IMG/VR virus record: IMGVR_UViG_3300030330_000562
Location: 1 to 64,000 of that record
Length of the DNA: 64,000 nucleotides
From: a virus
Lineage: Duplodnaviria > Caudoviricetes
Direction: 5' to 3' (one strand)
Under the pieces are notes generated by a model. That model made no database searches. It saw only the letters and a list, made by a program, of their open reading frames with translations, and was not told the DNA's origin. Both the position numbers and the translations under genes were made by a program. Shown here in pieces: positions 18,559-28,867 of the stretch (position 1 is its first letter; every line of letters starts with the position of its first letter).

Positions 18559-19425
18559 ATGTTAAAAGACTTATCAAAAACTTATAACGAGGATCAGACA
18601 CAACTGGTCACACAAGACATAGACATTCAGCTACCAATGTCAAAGCCTGAATACAAATCTATGTTGGCTAATATAAAAGAACATGCTCCTGCTATACGAC
18701 AGGCATCAAGCAACTTCTACAAGTCTCACTCACAGATGATGAGTGTAACACTGGACGTTACAGCTATCACACCCATACGTTCTATCAAACACAGTCTGGC
18801 TGAGATAGAAAAAACTAAATCTGCACTACAAGAGTCTTACTTTAAAATGAAGAAGGATGAAGTAAAACTAAAGAAGTTAGAACGTAAGCTACTAGAAGAG
18901 ACTGACGATTTAGAACGGGAGATGCTAGAGATTAAGATAACAGAGAAGCAAGCACAGGCTGCAAGCTCTCGTGGTTATGTCGAAGGTGCAGTTCGTAAGT
19001 TAAACTTCTTTACAAATCAGTACGACAATTTGATGGAGAAAATAGGTAAAGAGGAACTAACAGAAGAAGACTACGAGCTAGAAGAAATCAAGTACCACAT
19101 TATGACCTGCATGAAACAAGCACTCAACAGTGCGAGACCTAGAGGTGGTGTCATTGATGAAGGTAACATGATCTACTTGTTTGACTTGGGTATCAACGCA
19201 GCACAGGCACAGGCTGAAGTATTTGCTTACCTAGAGTGGGAGAACAAGATAGTACAAGAAGGTAAAGCACCAGAGCATCATCACACAGTACAGTGGCTAG
19301 AGGCTTGTGCAGACAAGTGGGCACACTGCCCAGGTGACTTTGCTAACAGTCGTGGATTTAACATACTAGATAAAACATCTTTAACAAACACACCTCAATT
19401 GGAGGATAATACAAAGGAGAACTAA
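18559..19425 (+). CDS. Conserved coiled-coil protein following tail fibres
   Basis: 288-aa ORF, SD AAGGA; helical and charged; function unknown. Confidence 0.7.
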   Translation: MLKDLSKTYNEDQTQLVTQDIDIQLPMSKPEYKSMLANIKEHAPAIRQASSNFYKSHSQMMSVTLDVTAITPIRSIKHSLAEIEKTKSALQESYFKMKKDEVKLKKLERKLLEETDDLEREMLEIKITEKQAQAASSRGYVEGAVRKLNFFTNQYDNLMEKIGKEELTEEDYELEEIKYHIMTCMKQALNSARPRGGVIDEGNMIYLFDLGINAAQAQAEVFAYLEWENKIVQEGKAPEHHHTVQWLEACADKWAHCPGDFANSRGFNILDKTSLTNTPQLEDNTKEN

Positions 19426-19426
19426 A

Positions 19427-19636
19427 ATGGGAAAAGATAAAAAGACCCCAGTAATTGTTAATAATAAAGAATATTTTGCAGAAGACTTAACAGATCAACA
19501 GAAGAGTATGTTGAATCACATACAAGACTTAGACCGTAAATTAAAAAGTGCTAAGTTTAACGTTGATCAACTTAACGTAGGCCGAGAAGCATTTATAAGT
19601 ATGCTATCTAACTCACTAGAGAACGTAAATGAGTGA
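19427..19636 (+). CDS. Small coiled-coil hypothetical protein
   Basis: SD AAGGAG; 69 aa. Confidence 0.7.
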   Translation: MGKDKKTPVIVNNKEYFAEDLTDQQKSMLNHIQDLDRKLKSAKFNVDQLNVGREAFISMLSNSLENVNE

Positions 19637-19883
19637 CATCAAACTAACCCCTGAAGATCTAGAAGAGATGCTAGACAACGCAGCTAGACGTGGTGCTAAA
19701 GAGGCACTGCGTTCTATTGGGTTACTTGATGATGATGCAGCTAAAGATATCATAGAGATGCGTAGTCTTCTAGAGGCTTGGAGAGACACACGTAAATCTG
19801 TTTGGTCAACAATAGTTAAAGTAACCACTGTCGCACTGCTAACATTTATTGCAGGTGCAGTGTGGATGACAATGGGTAAGTAA
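19629..19883 (+). CDS. Small membrane protein, DUF6127-like (holin-like topology)
   Basis: AARRGAKEALRSIGL..DDAAKDI.EMRSLLEAW motif plus C-terminal transmembrane segment. Confidence 0.6.
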   Translation: MSDIKLTPEDLEEMLDNAARRGAKEALRSIGLLDDDAAKDIIEMRSLLEAWRDTRKSVWSTIVKVTTVALLTFIAGAVWMTMGK

Positions 19884-19893
19884 GGGAATAGAC

Positions 19894-21771
19894 ATGGCAA
19901 TTTCAGAAAATTCACCAGATATAAGACTTGCAAGAAAGTTCTTAGGCTTTGAAGGACCACCTCAACAGCTTGATAATTTTTTACAAGCTAATCCTGCAGC
20001 AGCTGCACGTATGGGTAAATACAGACAAGCCATGATGAGTATGAGTGGTATGCGTGTAGGTGCTCAAGCAGGCACTGCTGGAACATCTCTTGAAGACTTT
20101 CAAAAGATGCAGCAAGATCTTATTGTTCAAACTATGAAACCTGCCCCTGCTACTGTAAGCCAGATCACACCTCAAGCAGGTCAAACTATTCCATCTACTG
20201 CAGGTCAGGCAACTGCGACAGCTCCTACAACTCCTGCTGCTACAGTGGGATCAGTACAGCAAATGCCTACACCTACAGCAATGACTGCTGGAACTATGAC
20301 TGCTGATACTGCTGCTACAGATGTGGCTACAGAGGCTGCTAAATTAACTGCTGCTCAAGGAGCTATAAGACCTGGTGCAATAATTCCTGTAGAACAACAA
20401 ACAACTAGTGCTGTTTCTAATGTAAAAGAAGCTCAAGGAACAGCAATACAAATAGACAGTCCAGAAGCTAGAAAAATAAAAACAGATCCTGTAACTGGTG
20501 AAAGTGAAATAATATCTGGTGCTGCTAATGCTCAAACTGCGGCTGCATTTACTGAAGCAAGGCAACATGCTGAAGCTACACCTACTAAACAAGCCACAGT
20601 TCAAGGTCAGTTAGAGGGATTGATGGCTCAGTTCGAGAGTGGTGCTACACCCTCTTGGGCTGCTGGAGCCATGAGAGCTGCAACCAGTGCTATGATTTCT
20701 AGAGGTTTAGGTGCATCTTCGATAGCAGGACAAGCTATTGTACAGGCAGCTATGGAATCTGCGTTACCAATTGCACAAATGGATGCACAGGTAATGGCTC
20801 AGTTTGAAGCACAGAACTTATCTAACAGACAACAACGTGCAATGCTTGCTGCACAACAACGTGCTGCATTTATAGGTCAAGAGTTTGATCAAGCATTTCA
20901 AGCTCGTGTGCAAAATGCTTCTCGTCTAGCTGACATAGCTAATAGAAACTTTACAGCTGAACAACAGATAGCATTAGAGGATTCTCGTGCTCTTAACACA
21001 ATGGAGTTATCTAATCTATCTAATAGCCAAGCCATAGTAATGGCAGAGGCTGCTGCTTTATCTCAACTTGACATAGCAAATTTATCAAATAGACAACAAA
21101 CTGCTGTACAAAATGCTCAAAACTTTTTGCAAATGGATATGACAAACCTTGCAAATACACAGCAAACTGAGTTGTTTAAGACTCAACAAAACATACAAGC
21201 TTTGTTTACAGATCAAGCTGCAAGAAATGCTGCAGAACAATTTAACGCTACAAGTGAAAATCAAACTAACCAGTTCTTTGCTAATCTTTCTGCCCAAGCA
21301 TCACAGTTTAATGCAGCCCAACAGAATGCCATGAATCAGTTTGATGTAAATGCTACCAATGCCATGCGTCAGTTTAACTCAGAGGTACAACAACAACGTG
21401 ATCTGTTTAATGCACAAAATGGTTTAGTCATTGCTCAAGCTAACGCACAGTGGAGACAGAATCTAGCAACAGTTAATACTGCAGCAGAGAATCAAGCAAA
21501 CATGGACTTTGCTAAAACTATAAATGCTATGTCCATGAAAAACTTAGATGAGATATGGCAACGTGAACGAGACATTATGTCGTTTGCATTTACTGCTGAT
21601 CAGTCTGCAATGGATAGGGCATTACAAATTATAATGGGTGATAAAGAACTTGAGATAGCTAGAGAAAAACTTAACAATGTTAAGAAAACAGAAAATACAC
21701 AGCTTGCCATGAGATTCTTATTTGGCTCAAGTCCAACAGGTATTCTTGGTGGAGTACTAGGAGCGTTATAG
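19894..21771 (+). CDS. Internal virion (ejection) protein, Ala/Gln/Asn-rich
   Basis: 625 aa; QQ..L.N/NAQQFN repeats; first gene of internal-protein cluster. Confidence 0.7.
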   Translation: MAISENSPDIRLARKFLGFEGPPQQLDNFLQANPAAAARMGKYRQAMMSMSGMRVGAQAGTAGTSLEDFQKMQQDLIVQTMKPAPATVSQITPQAGQTIPSTAGQATATAPTTPAATVGSVQQMPTPTAMTAGTMTADTAATDVATEAAKLTAAQGAIRPGAIIPVEQQTTSAVSNVKEAQGTAIQIDSPEARKIKTDPVTGESEIISGAANAQTAAAFTEARQHAEATPTKQATVQGQLEGLMAQFESGATPSWAAGAMRAATSAMISRGLGASSIAGQAIVQAAMESALPIAQMDAQVMAQFEAQNLSNRQQRAMLAAQQRAAFIGQEFDQAFQARVQNASRLADIANRNFTAEQQIALEDSRALNTMELSNLSNSQAIVMAEAAALSQLDIANLSNRQQTAVQNAQNFLQMDMTNLANTQQTELFKTQQNIQALFTDQAARNAAEQFNATSENQTNQFFANLSAQASQFNAAQQNAMNQFDVNATNAMRQFNSEVQQQRDLFNAQNGLVIAQANAQWRQNLATVNTAAENQANMDFAKTINAMSMKNLDEIWQRERDIMSFAFTADQSAMDRALQIIMGDKELEIAREKLNNVKKTENTQLAMRFLFGSSPTGILGGVLGAL

Positions 21772-21786
21772 GTTAAGGAATAAAAT

Positions 21787-22608
21787 ATGTCTGAATTAAA
21801 TTATAAAATTAATTACACAAGTATGATTGATGCTCTACAAATGGGTGGCACTGCAGGTTTAGAATCTCTTAGATCTTCTAGAACTACTAGAGGTCTTGGT
21901 ACAAAATTAGATACTGAAAAGTATGTAAAAGATGAGGAGGATAAACCATCTCTACAAAAAAGAATTTTAGATAGTATGGATAAAGTTAAAAAAGAAAATA
22001 AAACTATGGCGGAGAGGATGAAAGAATTTGGTGTTGAAAAAGATCCTGTAACTGGAGAGCTAGTAAGGACAGATCCACCAATTAAAAAACCAACTGAGAT
22101 TTCTAAAACATCTGGTATAACTGTAGACTCAGCCTATGAAACTTCTTTTAAATTAATGGATGATTTGAGGAAAGATTATAATTTAACTACAGAACAAGCT
22201 GCAGCTTTTGTTGGAAACCTTTGGTATGAAACTGGTGGGTTTACTGCCTTTCAAGAGATTGATCCAAAAGTAGGAAGAGGTGGTTTAGGATTTGCTCAAT
22301 GGACAGCATCAAGAAGAGTTACTTTTGAGGAATATCTTAGACAACAGGGTAATTTAAGTGCAGACGATTATGGTGCAAACTATGGGTATTTAAAGAAAGA
22401 ATTAAATTCAACAGAGAAAAAAGTTTTAAAGACTTTACGAGGTCAAGTTGCAAGATCTGGAGAAAATGTAGTTGATATAGAAGAGGCAACAGAAATAATA
22501 TCTGATGTCTTTTTTAGACCTAAAGAAGAAACAGCACGTAAAGATAGAAGAATTGATGCTGCAAAAGATATTTTACAAAGGTACAAAGAGGACAGGAGTC
22601 TTAAATAA
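21787..22608 (+). CDS. Internal virion protein with phage tail lysozyme-type domain
   Basis: AAAFVGNLWYETGG...GLGFAQWT.SRR motif. Confidence 0.7.
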   Translation: MSELNYKINYTSMIDALQMGGTAGLESLRSSRTTRGLGTKLDTEKYVKDEEDKPSLQKRILDSMDKVKKENKTMAERMKEFGVEKDPVTGELVRTDPPIKKPTEISKTSGITVDSAYETSFKLMDDLRKDYNLTTEQAAAFVGNLWYETGGFTAFQEIDPKVGRGGLGFAQWTASRRVTFEEYLRQQGNLSADDYGANYGYLKKELNSTEKKVLKTLRGQVARSGENVVDIEEATEIISDVFFRPKEETARKDRRIDAAKDILQRYKEDRSLK

Positions 22609-23129
22609 TGTTAATGTTTGAAAGACCTATACCAGGCCAGTCATTGACTGCAGAACCAAAGAGCCAAGCTTTTGAAAGACCTCCAGAGATAACTGATCCT
22701 ATCGAAGCTTTAGATGCACACATGGATAATCTTGCTAGAGAAGGTGCAATGGAAGATGCACTATACTTTTTAGAGTTTGGTGTAGATCTGGTAACACTAG
22801 TTCAAGGTATACTTCGTGGTGCTGTAATGGAAGGTATACATAGTATTGATGTAAGTCTTATCATCGCACCTGTATTACACGAACATATAAAGGGTTTTGC
22901 TGATGCATCTGGAGTAGAGTATAACGAGGGTTTTGAAAACGAAGAGGGTAAGAAAGCATTGTCTTACAGGCGTGATGTAGCTAGGGCAAAAGAAATGTTA
23001 AAACAAATAAAAGAAGAAGATGCTCCTAGCCCAGACTCTTTTGTTCCAGAGCCTATGGAAGAACCAGAACCAGAGCCTGAGATAGAAGAACAAGAACCAG
23101 TTCAAACTGGTCTAATGGCGAGGATGTAA
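22608..23129 (+). CDS. Hypothetical (internal virion) protein
   Basis: PIPGQSLT.EP...FERPP motif; overlaps previous stop. Confidence 0.7.
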   Translation: MLMFERPIPGQSLTAEPKSQAFERPPEITDPIEALDAHMDNLAREGAMEDALYFLEFGVDLVTLVQGILRGAVMEGIHSIDVSLIIAPVLHEHIKGFADASGVEYNEGFENEEGKKALSYRRDVARAKEMLKQIKEEDAPSPDSFVPEPMEEPEPEPEIEEQEPVQTGLMARM

Positions 23130-23131
23130 CT

Positions 23132-24094
23132 ATGGGTGTTGCTAGAGGAATACTTAATTATTTAGAAGATGTAGATGCAGCTCGGGCTGTAGAAAAGAAA
23201 AAACAAGATGAGCGAGAAGCTCTAGCTTTTGAGTTAGAGATGAAGTATGGTAGTAACTTTTTAGCTCCCTCTAAAAAAGGTAAAGATACAGGTACATCTT
23301 CTAGGACAGCTGTCGCTGCATTGATGAAAACATACAATGTTAGTGAAGAAGCACTTGCGCCTATCTTAGCTAGTGGTGATAAAACAGCGGCACCTAGATT
23401 ATTAAATATATTAGAGAAACAGAAATTAAAATATGGAGGTGAAGGATTAATTTTACCTGAAGATGTTGTATCAGGTATAATTGAAGATGCTGTGATAACT
23501 CAGTCAGCTACAAGGGAAATAGATTTTTCTAGGCTAGAAGACTTTATTGGTCGTGAGATGGATTCATTGTATAAGGATCTCTTAAAGTCACAGTCAAAAG
23601 ATCCTGGAGCTGTGTTCTTTCCTGAACCTGTTTTTGTGGAGAGACCATCTTTAGAAGATCTAGATAGGTTTGAGAAGAGAGCAATTGCAGGTAATCTAAC
23701 TCGTGCTCAAGATGAATTAAATATGGTTATGAATAAAATAGCTGAGTTTAATTCTTTAGATGAAGGTGGTAATCTTACAACAGATCAGATAGCTGAACGT
23801 GCTTGGTTGACTGACAGAAAAGTTGAAATTGAAACTGCTGTAAAATCTTTTGAAGATGATAACGTAGTGCCAATAGCAGGTTTATATGGAACAGCTTATA
23901 CTAGAACATTACAACAACTCTATCCTAAGTATGAAGATGCTTATCTTAATCCTGCACTATTAAATGCCTCTAGTAAAGATATTACTGTTCCTAATAGAGC
24001 AGTTGCTGAAAGTTTAGCTGCAGCTGGAATATTAAAAGAAGGCGATGTTGTAATTAATGGGCAGACTGGTAAGAAAATTAGAATTGGTGGCTAA
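23132..24094 (+). CDS. Putative internal virion protein
   Basis: 320-aa ORF in ejection-protein cluster. Confidence 0.65.
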   Translation: MGVARGILNYLEDVDAARAVEKKKQDEREALAFELEMKYGSNFLAPSKKGKDTGTSSRTAVAALMKTYNVSEEALAPILASGDKTAAPRLLNILEKQKLKYGGEGLILPEDVVSGIIEDAVITQSATREIDFSRLEDFIGREMDSLYKDLLKSQSKDPGAVFFPEPVFVERPSLEDLDRFEKRAIAGNLTRAQDELNMVMNKIAEFNSLDEGGNLTTDQIAERAWLTDRKVEIETAVKSFEDDNVVPIAGLYGTAYTRTLQQLYPKYEDAYLNPALLNASSKDITVPNRAVAESLAAAGILKEGDVVINGQTGKKIRIGG

Positions 24095-27000
24095 ATGGCA
24101 GAGCAATTTGAAGATCCAATAACTATAGGTGATAAAAATTTTGAACCACCTATAGTTACAGAAGGAGACTTTGAAGAACCTATTGAACTAGACAGAGTTA
24201 CTACTCAGTCTCCCATAGTTCCTCAAGGTATTGACAACTCTTCCTATGTTGATCTAGAAAAAATTTTTGCAGACTATGGTCGTAAGCTAACTAAAGAAGA
24301 CATCTTAAATGATGATCGTCTCATGGAAGTTATTCGTTCTAGTTTAGAAGCTAGATTTACTCCAAGTGGTGTGCTCACTAAAGCTAGACGTGGTGTCACT
24401 GGTTTAGCAGGTGGTGCCATAGGTGGATTATCTTCTCAAGACTACCGTGAGATGAGTGACAATAAAGTTTTTGAGGTCTGGCAGAACTATCAAAGATCTT
24501 TTGCTGGGGGTCAGACAGTTACGACAGGTAACGAGATAGCCTATGGTATGTCATCAGATGATAATACTAAGGTAAAACTTGGGGCAGGTTATCTTTTATT
24601 CGACCAAATGGACAATGCTTTTACAGGCGAAGGTTCTTGGTCAGAGATGGGTGATGCTATTTGGGACTACAGTAAGTCTGCTGTTTATGACCCATCAACA
24701 ATACTTTCTTTAGGTTTAGGTAAACTATTTGGTTTTGGTGCAACTAAAGCAAGCGGTGCAGTAGCACGTAACCTTATGGTCAAGGCTTATCAAGAACAGG
24801 TTAAAAGAGGTGTAGGTAAACAGACAGCTCTAGCCAGTGTAGGCAAAGCAGTTGCCACTACTCTACCATATGCCACAGCAGATGCTATAATAGGTGCAGG
24901 TGTAGATGTATTGTATCAAACCCAACTTATTGATGTAGGTGTTCAGAAAGAATATTCAGCTGCTCAAACAGCGATTGCATCGGCAGGTGCTCTTGTTGTT
25001 ATACCTACATTAAAAACAGTAGGTGCATCTATCAAAGAGTTTCGTAAAAGTGAGATAGCACCACAGTTTTTAGCATATAAAGAGTTCGATGAGAACGTTC
25101 TTAAAATAAGTTTAGAAGATGCTAAGAAAGCACTTCGTAAACGAGTTAAAAAGAAAGTTCTCATTGATTCCGTTGACGAGAACTTTGGTTTAATAAAAGG
25201 CAATACAAAAGATTTTTTAGCTTGGCCTAAGTTTAGAGAAAAGGCAAAAGAACGTGTTGCAGTTCGTGGTGAAAAATATACAGATGACGAAGTGACAAAT
25301 GCTTTCTTTCAATACTTCTTTTTAGGAAATCCAGATGGTAAAACAAAAGGTTATTATCAAGCTTTAAAAGAAGCAGGGTTTGTTGTTCACGAATCTATGT
25401 TAGAAGAAGTAAATAAAAAGACTGGTAGAAGCATTGGCATATCAGGTGTATTTGGTCAAAGTATTAAATTTCTTTCAGTACCTAAAGTTAAACAGATAGT
25501 TAAAAAGTTTGAGAAAGATACTGGATATAAACTAAGGTTTATGGATGAGGACGGTATTGTTATAACTGGAGATAACGTTACACCAGTAAGTCTTGCCTCA
25601 CACTTTGCACGTCAAGCAAGTCTTGCAGGTGAAAGCTTGTGGCTACCATCTCACCTTAGTCGTTTAGAAAAAGCTGGAGTAGATATTAAAGATGCTGTAG
25701 CAATCGCAGGTGGTAATGCTAAACTAGCTGATGAACCTAAACGATTACAATATACCATGTCTGTTTATAAAAGACTTCTTACATCTCACTTAGCTACAAC
25801 TGGTGCAAACGTAAAAGGTTTTACACAGCTTGTAAGTATTAACAGTCTTGCAGATTTTTTTACAGCTGCTGTTAATCTTGGTCAAGCACGTTTAGCTAAA
25901 CGTGCAGGTGATATAGAGTCTGCAGAAAAATTTATGAATAGATCCTATGGCTCTGCAGTTGGTGCTATCCGTAGAGGAGTTGATGTATTATCTCCAGACA
26001 TATCTATGGAGTACGCTGACAAAATACTTTCCTTAAATCCAGAGGTTGCTTCAAAATTATTTAGAGATGTTTCTGGTGATGGTGGTGTGCGTGATGCTTT
26101 ATCTGATTTTAATTTAGATAAGATTAAACGTAAACCAGGCAGTGTTCTTGAAGGATCAGAAGAAGCAGAGATGCTAGCGTTTAGAGGCATTGATGCTGTA
26201 ACCAAAGGTGCTCAAACATTAACCATGGTTAGGCTACAAGATGAGCTAACTAAGATATGGTCTTTTGGTACGAACCTAAATCAGGCAATCATGCGTGAAT
26301 ATGGCATGACATTTGAGAAGTTTTTTGATCCTGCTAAAGCTGCTGACACTGCACTTGAAATGTCATCTGATAGATTTCAAAAAAATGTTTTAGATAAAGC
26401 AGTGTTTCGTACACTAAGAGAAACAGCTTCTGTCAATTGGTCCACACTTCCAGGAAAAGAATCTTTAATCTCTGCTAGAACTTGGGCAAAGAGTGTTGAA
26501 GCATTTACAAACAAAACTCCTTTGGGTTTTATAGTACCTTTTGGTAGCTTCTTAAATACTACAGTAGCAACCATGGCTGACTTAATTGGTATAAATGCCA
26601 TGAGGTTTGCAGTTAAAAAGATGACAGGTCAAGAGTTAGACTTTGCAACTCGTGAGGGTGCAGAGGCACTAGGTAAAATGGCAGCAGGTTGGTCTCTAAT
26701 TGCAACAGGTATTTATGTAACAGGTGGTGCTAAAGATAGAATAGAAAACAACCTAGCTTACAACCAAGATATGCAACCTGATGGTAGTATTCAAGATAGA
26801 AAATATGATTGGCCTGTCTCAACTATGAGACTCTTATCTCAGATAGGTGCACATGGCTTAGGTGTAGATAATAATTGGGAATGGAGTGAAGTTCCTACAG
26901 ATCTTTGGAAAGAATTAGCAGTTCAAGTTGGTGGACAAGCTGTAAGAGATCTAGATGCTACGGGTCAAACTATTGTTTACGCAAGTGAACAAGCTCTAGA

Positions 27001-27742
27001 AGGTAATTTTCAACCTTTAGAAGATATGTTTGGTGGGGCCACAGCTAGAATTACTCAAGGTGCAACAAGACCACTAGATCCTATCAATCAAGTTTGGGGT
27101 ATGGTATCTGATGTTAATCTAAATCCTGATAGAAGACAGGGTGCAGAAACTCAGAATCAAATGCTTCGTTATATTGATAATGTACTTGGTAATACAAAAG
27201 AGGGTATGCCAAGACGTGCTACTCCAACAAGAGGTAGACAGTTTGTCCCAGATATAGGAAAACAAATACTTGGAAATAGAACACTTCAAGTTCCTAATCT
27301 AATAGAGAAGATGATGAATGCTGCAGGTAGACCGTACTGGAAGTCAATACGTTTTGATGGACCTGCAGAGATTAAAAATAAAATGGACGCATTGGCAGCT
27401 CCGTTCTTTGAGACAAGAGCTTTAGAGTATTTAAAAAAGAATCCAGATTATTTTAGATTACCGTTAAAAGATAAACAAAAGATATTAGATACAATATCTA
27501 CAAAAGTTAAACAAGATGTAACCGACATTGTAAAAACAGGTATGCCTAAAAGTATAAATGTTTTAAGAACTCTTTCAGGTAAAAATAAAAAAGAAGTTAG
27601 AAACGTCATGAAGTTTCTAGGTATCGAAGGTAGTATAGAGGACTTATTAAAAGAGGAGGATGGTCTCCAACAACTGTTACGAATACAAAGTCTAGTTGAT
27701 AGCTACGATGATATATTCTATGGAGATCTAGACTTAGACTAA
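24095..27742 (+). CDS. Large internal virion (ejection) protein
   Basis: 1215 aa, helical, last gene of late arm, typical gp16-like position. Confidence 0.7.
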   Translation: MAEQFEDPITIGDKNFEPPIVTEGDFEEPIELDRVTTQSPIVPQGIDNSSYVDLEKIFADYGRKLTKEDILNDDRLMEVIRSSLEARFTPSGVLTKARRGVTGLAGGAIGGLSSQDYREMSDNKVFEVWQNYQRSFAGGQTVTTGNEIAYGMSSDDNTKVKLGAGYLLFDQMDNAFTGEGSWSEMGDAIWDYSKSAVYDPSTILSLGLGKLFGFGATKASGAVARNLMVKAYQEQVKRGVGKQTALASVGKAVATTLPYATADAIIGAGVDVLYQTQLIDVGVQKEYSAAQTAIASAGALVVIPTLKTVGASIKEFRKSEIAPQFLAYKEFDENVLKISLEDAKKALRKRVKKKVLIDSVDENFGLIKGNTKDFLAWPKFREKAKERVAVRGEKYTDDEVTNAFFQYFFLGNPDGKTKGYYQALKEAGFVVHESMLEEVNKKTGRSIGISGVFGQSIKFLSVPKVKQIVKKFEKDTGYKLRFMDEDGIVITGDNVTPVSLASHFARQASLAGESLWLPSHLSRLEKAGVDIKDAVAIAGGNAKLADEPKRLQYTMSVYKRLLTSHLATTGANVKGFTQLVSINSLADFFTAAVNLGQARLAKRAGDIESAEKFMNRSYGSAVGAIRRGVDVLSPDISMEYADKILSLNPEVASKLFRDVSGDGGVRDALSDFNLDKIKRKPGSVLEGSEEAEMLAFRGIDAVTKGAQTLTMVRLQDELTKIWSFGTNLNQAIMREYGMTFEKFFDPAKAADTALEMSSDRFQKNVLDKAVFRTLRETASVNWSTLPGKESLISARTWAKSVEAFTNKTPLGFIVPFGSFLNTTVATMADLIGINAMRFAVKKMTGQELDFATREGAEALGKMAAGWSLIATGIYVTGGAKDRIENNLAYNQDMQPDGSIQDRKYDWPVSTMRLLSQIGAHGLGVDNNWEWSEVPTDLWKELAVQVGGQAVRDLDATGQTIVYASEQALEGNFQPLEDMFGGATARITQGATRPLDPINQVWGMVSDVNLNPDRRQGAETQNQMLRYIDNVLGNTKEGMPRRATPTRGRQFVPDIGKQILGNRTLQVPNLIEKMMNAAGRPYWKSIRFDGPAEIKNKMDALAAPFFETRALEYLKKNPDYFRLPLKDKQKILDTISTKVKQDVTDIVKTGMPKSINVLRTLSGKNKKEVRNVMKFLGIEGSIEDLLKEEDGLQQLLRIQSLVDSYDDIFYGDLDLD

Positions 27743-27745
27743 AAC

Positions 27746-27774
27746 AAAAGGGGGCTAAACGCCCCCTCTTTTTT
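27746..27774. terminator. Bidirectional intrinsic terminator between convergent arms
   Basis: AAAA-GGGGGC-TAAAC-GCCCCC-TCTTTTTT between convergent stops at 27742 and 27773. Confidence 0.85.
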
Positions 27775-28021
27775 ATGTATCATCTTCTAACATATAGTCT
27801 GCCCAATCAAAAGATGCTTTCTTAATTTCTTGCATTCTCCAAGTCTGTCTACCTGATGAGATAAAACCACCCATAGCTTGACCTGCTAAGTATAAACGAG
27901 GTGTTAATTCTTTTACCTTAGCAGGTTTACGTTTTTGTTGAGCAAACTTTTTAGCTTCTTCTTCGAGACTCTTTGTCAAGTACTTGCTCCTTGTTTTTGA
28001 AGTAGGCTTTGTTAAAGCCAA
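27773..28021 (-). CDS. Hypothetical protein (true start may be TTG further downstream)
   Basis: ORF ending at terminator; RLYLAGQAMGG motif. Confidence 0.6.
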   Translation of the reverse strand: MALTKPTSKTRSKYLTKSLEEEAKKFAQQKRKPAKVKELTPRLYLAGQAMGGFISSGRQTWRMQEIKKASFDWADYMLEDDT

Positions 28022-28157
28022 ACTCCCAGTCCCTATGATCTTTTGTATTTTGAGGATAGGGATTAGTTAGGTTTCCTACTAAGAAACCTCTGTAGCCTTG
28101 ATTAAACGGCTTGGCTACTTTCGCTTTTGTAGTTGTACTAGTGCGCTTAGATACCAT
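27951..28157 (-). CDS. Small protein with RMF-like G..G...NPY......W..GF motif
   Basis: QGYRGFLVGNLTNPYPQNTKDHRDWEFGFN. Confidence 0.5.
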   Translation of the reverse strand: MVSKRTSTTTKAKVAKPFNQGYRGFLVGNLTNPYPQNTKDHRDWEFGFNKAYFKNKEQVLDKESRRRS

Positions 28158-28423
28158 TGTGCTTTCTCCAAATCTTGTACACCATTTTTATATCGCCATC
28201 TGTGGAGATACTTTGCAATATTACCTCTATAGTAACCTGTTAGCTCTTCATCTGTCAAGAAGTCTTCTATATACTTAATACATTCTATTGTGCCTTGACC
28301 ATAGTGTTGAGGCTTTTTTACTGGATCATAGTCATTACCCATAGTCAGTGTTGTAGGACTATCGTCAGTTATAGTTACAGTATCTTTAGATAACTCTGCT
28401 ATCGCATCATCAAAATTTATCAT
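28115..28423 (-). CDS. DUF3310-family protein
   Basis: DPVKKPQHY..GTIECI, GYYRGNIAKYLHRWRYKNGVQDLEKAQWYL. Confidence 0.85.
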   Translation of the reverse strand: MINFDDAIAELSKDTVTITDDSPTTLTMGNDYDPVKKPQHYGQGTIECIKYIEDFLTDEELTGYYRGNIAKYLHRWRYKNGVQDLEKAQWYLSALVQLQKRK

Positions 28424-28866
28424 AAGTTTATTAACTCCGCTTCTTGGTATGGAATGTGAAAGAATGTTTCACCCTTTGGGATTCTCCTGCCGACAGCAAC
28501 CTTGAGTGTATCATCTGTCATAAGAGTATCCTTTATACGCCATGCTTTGTCCATAAATTTATTTAAGACGTAAAAGTTTAACACTCCATTTTGATCTTTA
28601 TATTTTTCTACGAGTCTCCTTTTTCTTCCTGGGATTCTAATCTCAGCCCAATGCTCAGGCCATTCATCTTTCCAAGATGACTTAACTTCTACTTCATTAA
28701 AATAGGTAAACCCATCTTTCGTAGAAACTATATCAGCATCAAAAGTTTCTTTGTCCTTAACAATAGTGTGTCCTTTTGATATCAGATAATCTGACAGAGT
28801 TTTCTTTGATGGCTCATCTACCAGATCATAAATATCTTTTCTAAAAGGTCTAACGTGAACTTGCAT
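28420..28866 (-). CDS. Hypothetical protein, possible PD-(D/E)xK fold
   Basis: ADIV...EVEVK motif. Confidence 0.55.
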   Translation of the reverse strand: MQVHVRPFRKDIYDLVDEPSKKTLSDYLISKGHTIVKDKETFDADIVSTKDGFTYFNEVEVKSSWKDEWPEHWAEIRIPGRKRRLVEKYKDQNGVLNFYVLNKFMDKAWRIKDTLMTDDTLKVAVGRRIPKGETFFHIPYQEAELINL

Positions 28867-28867
28867 A

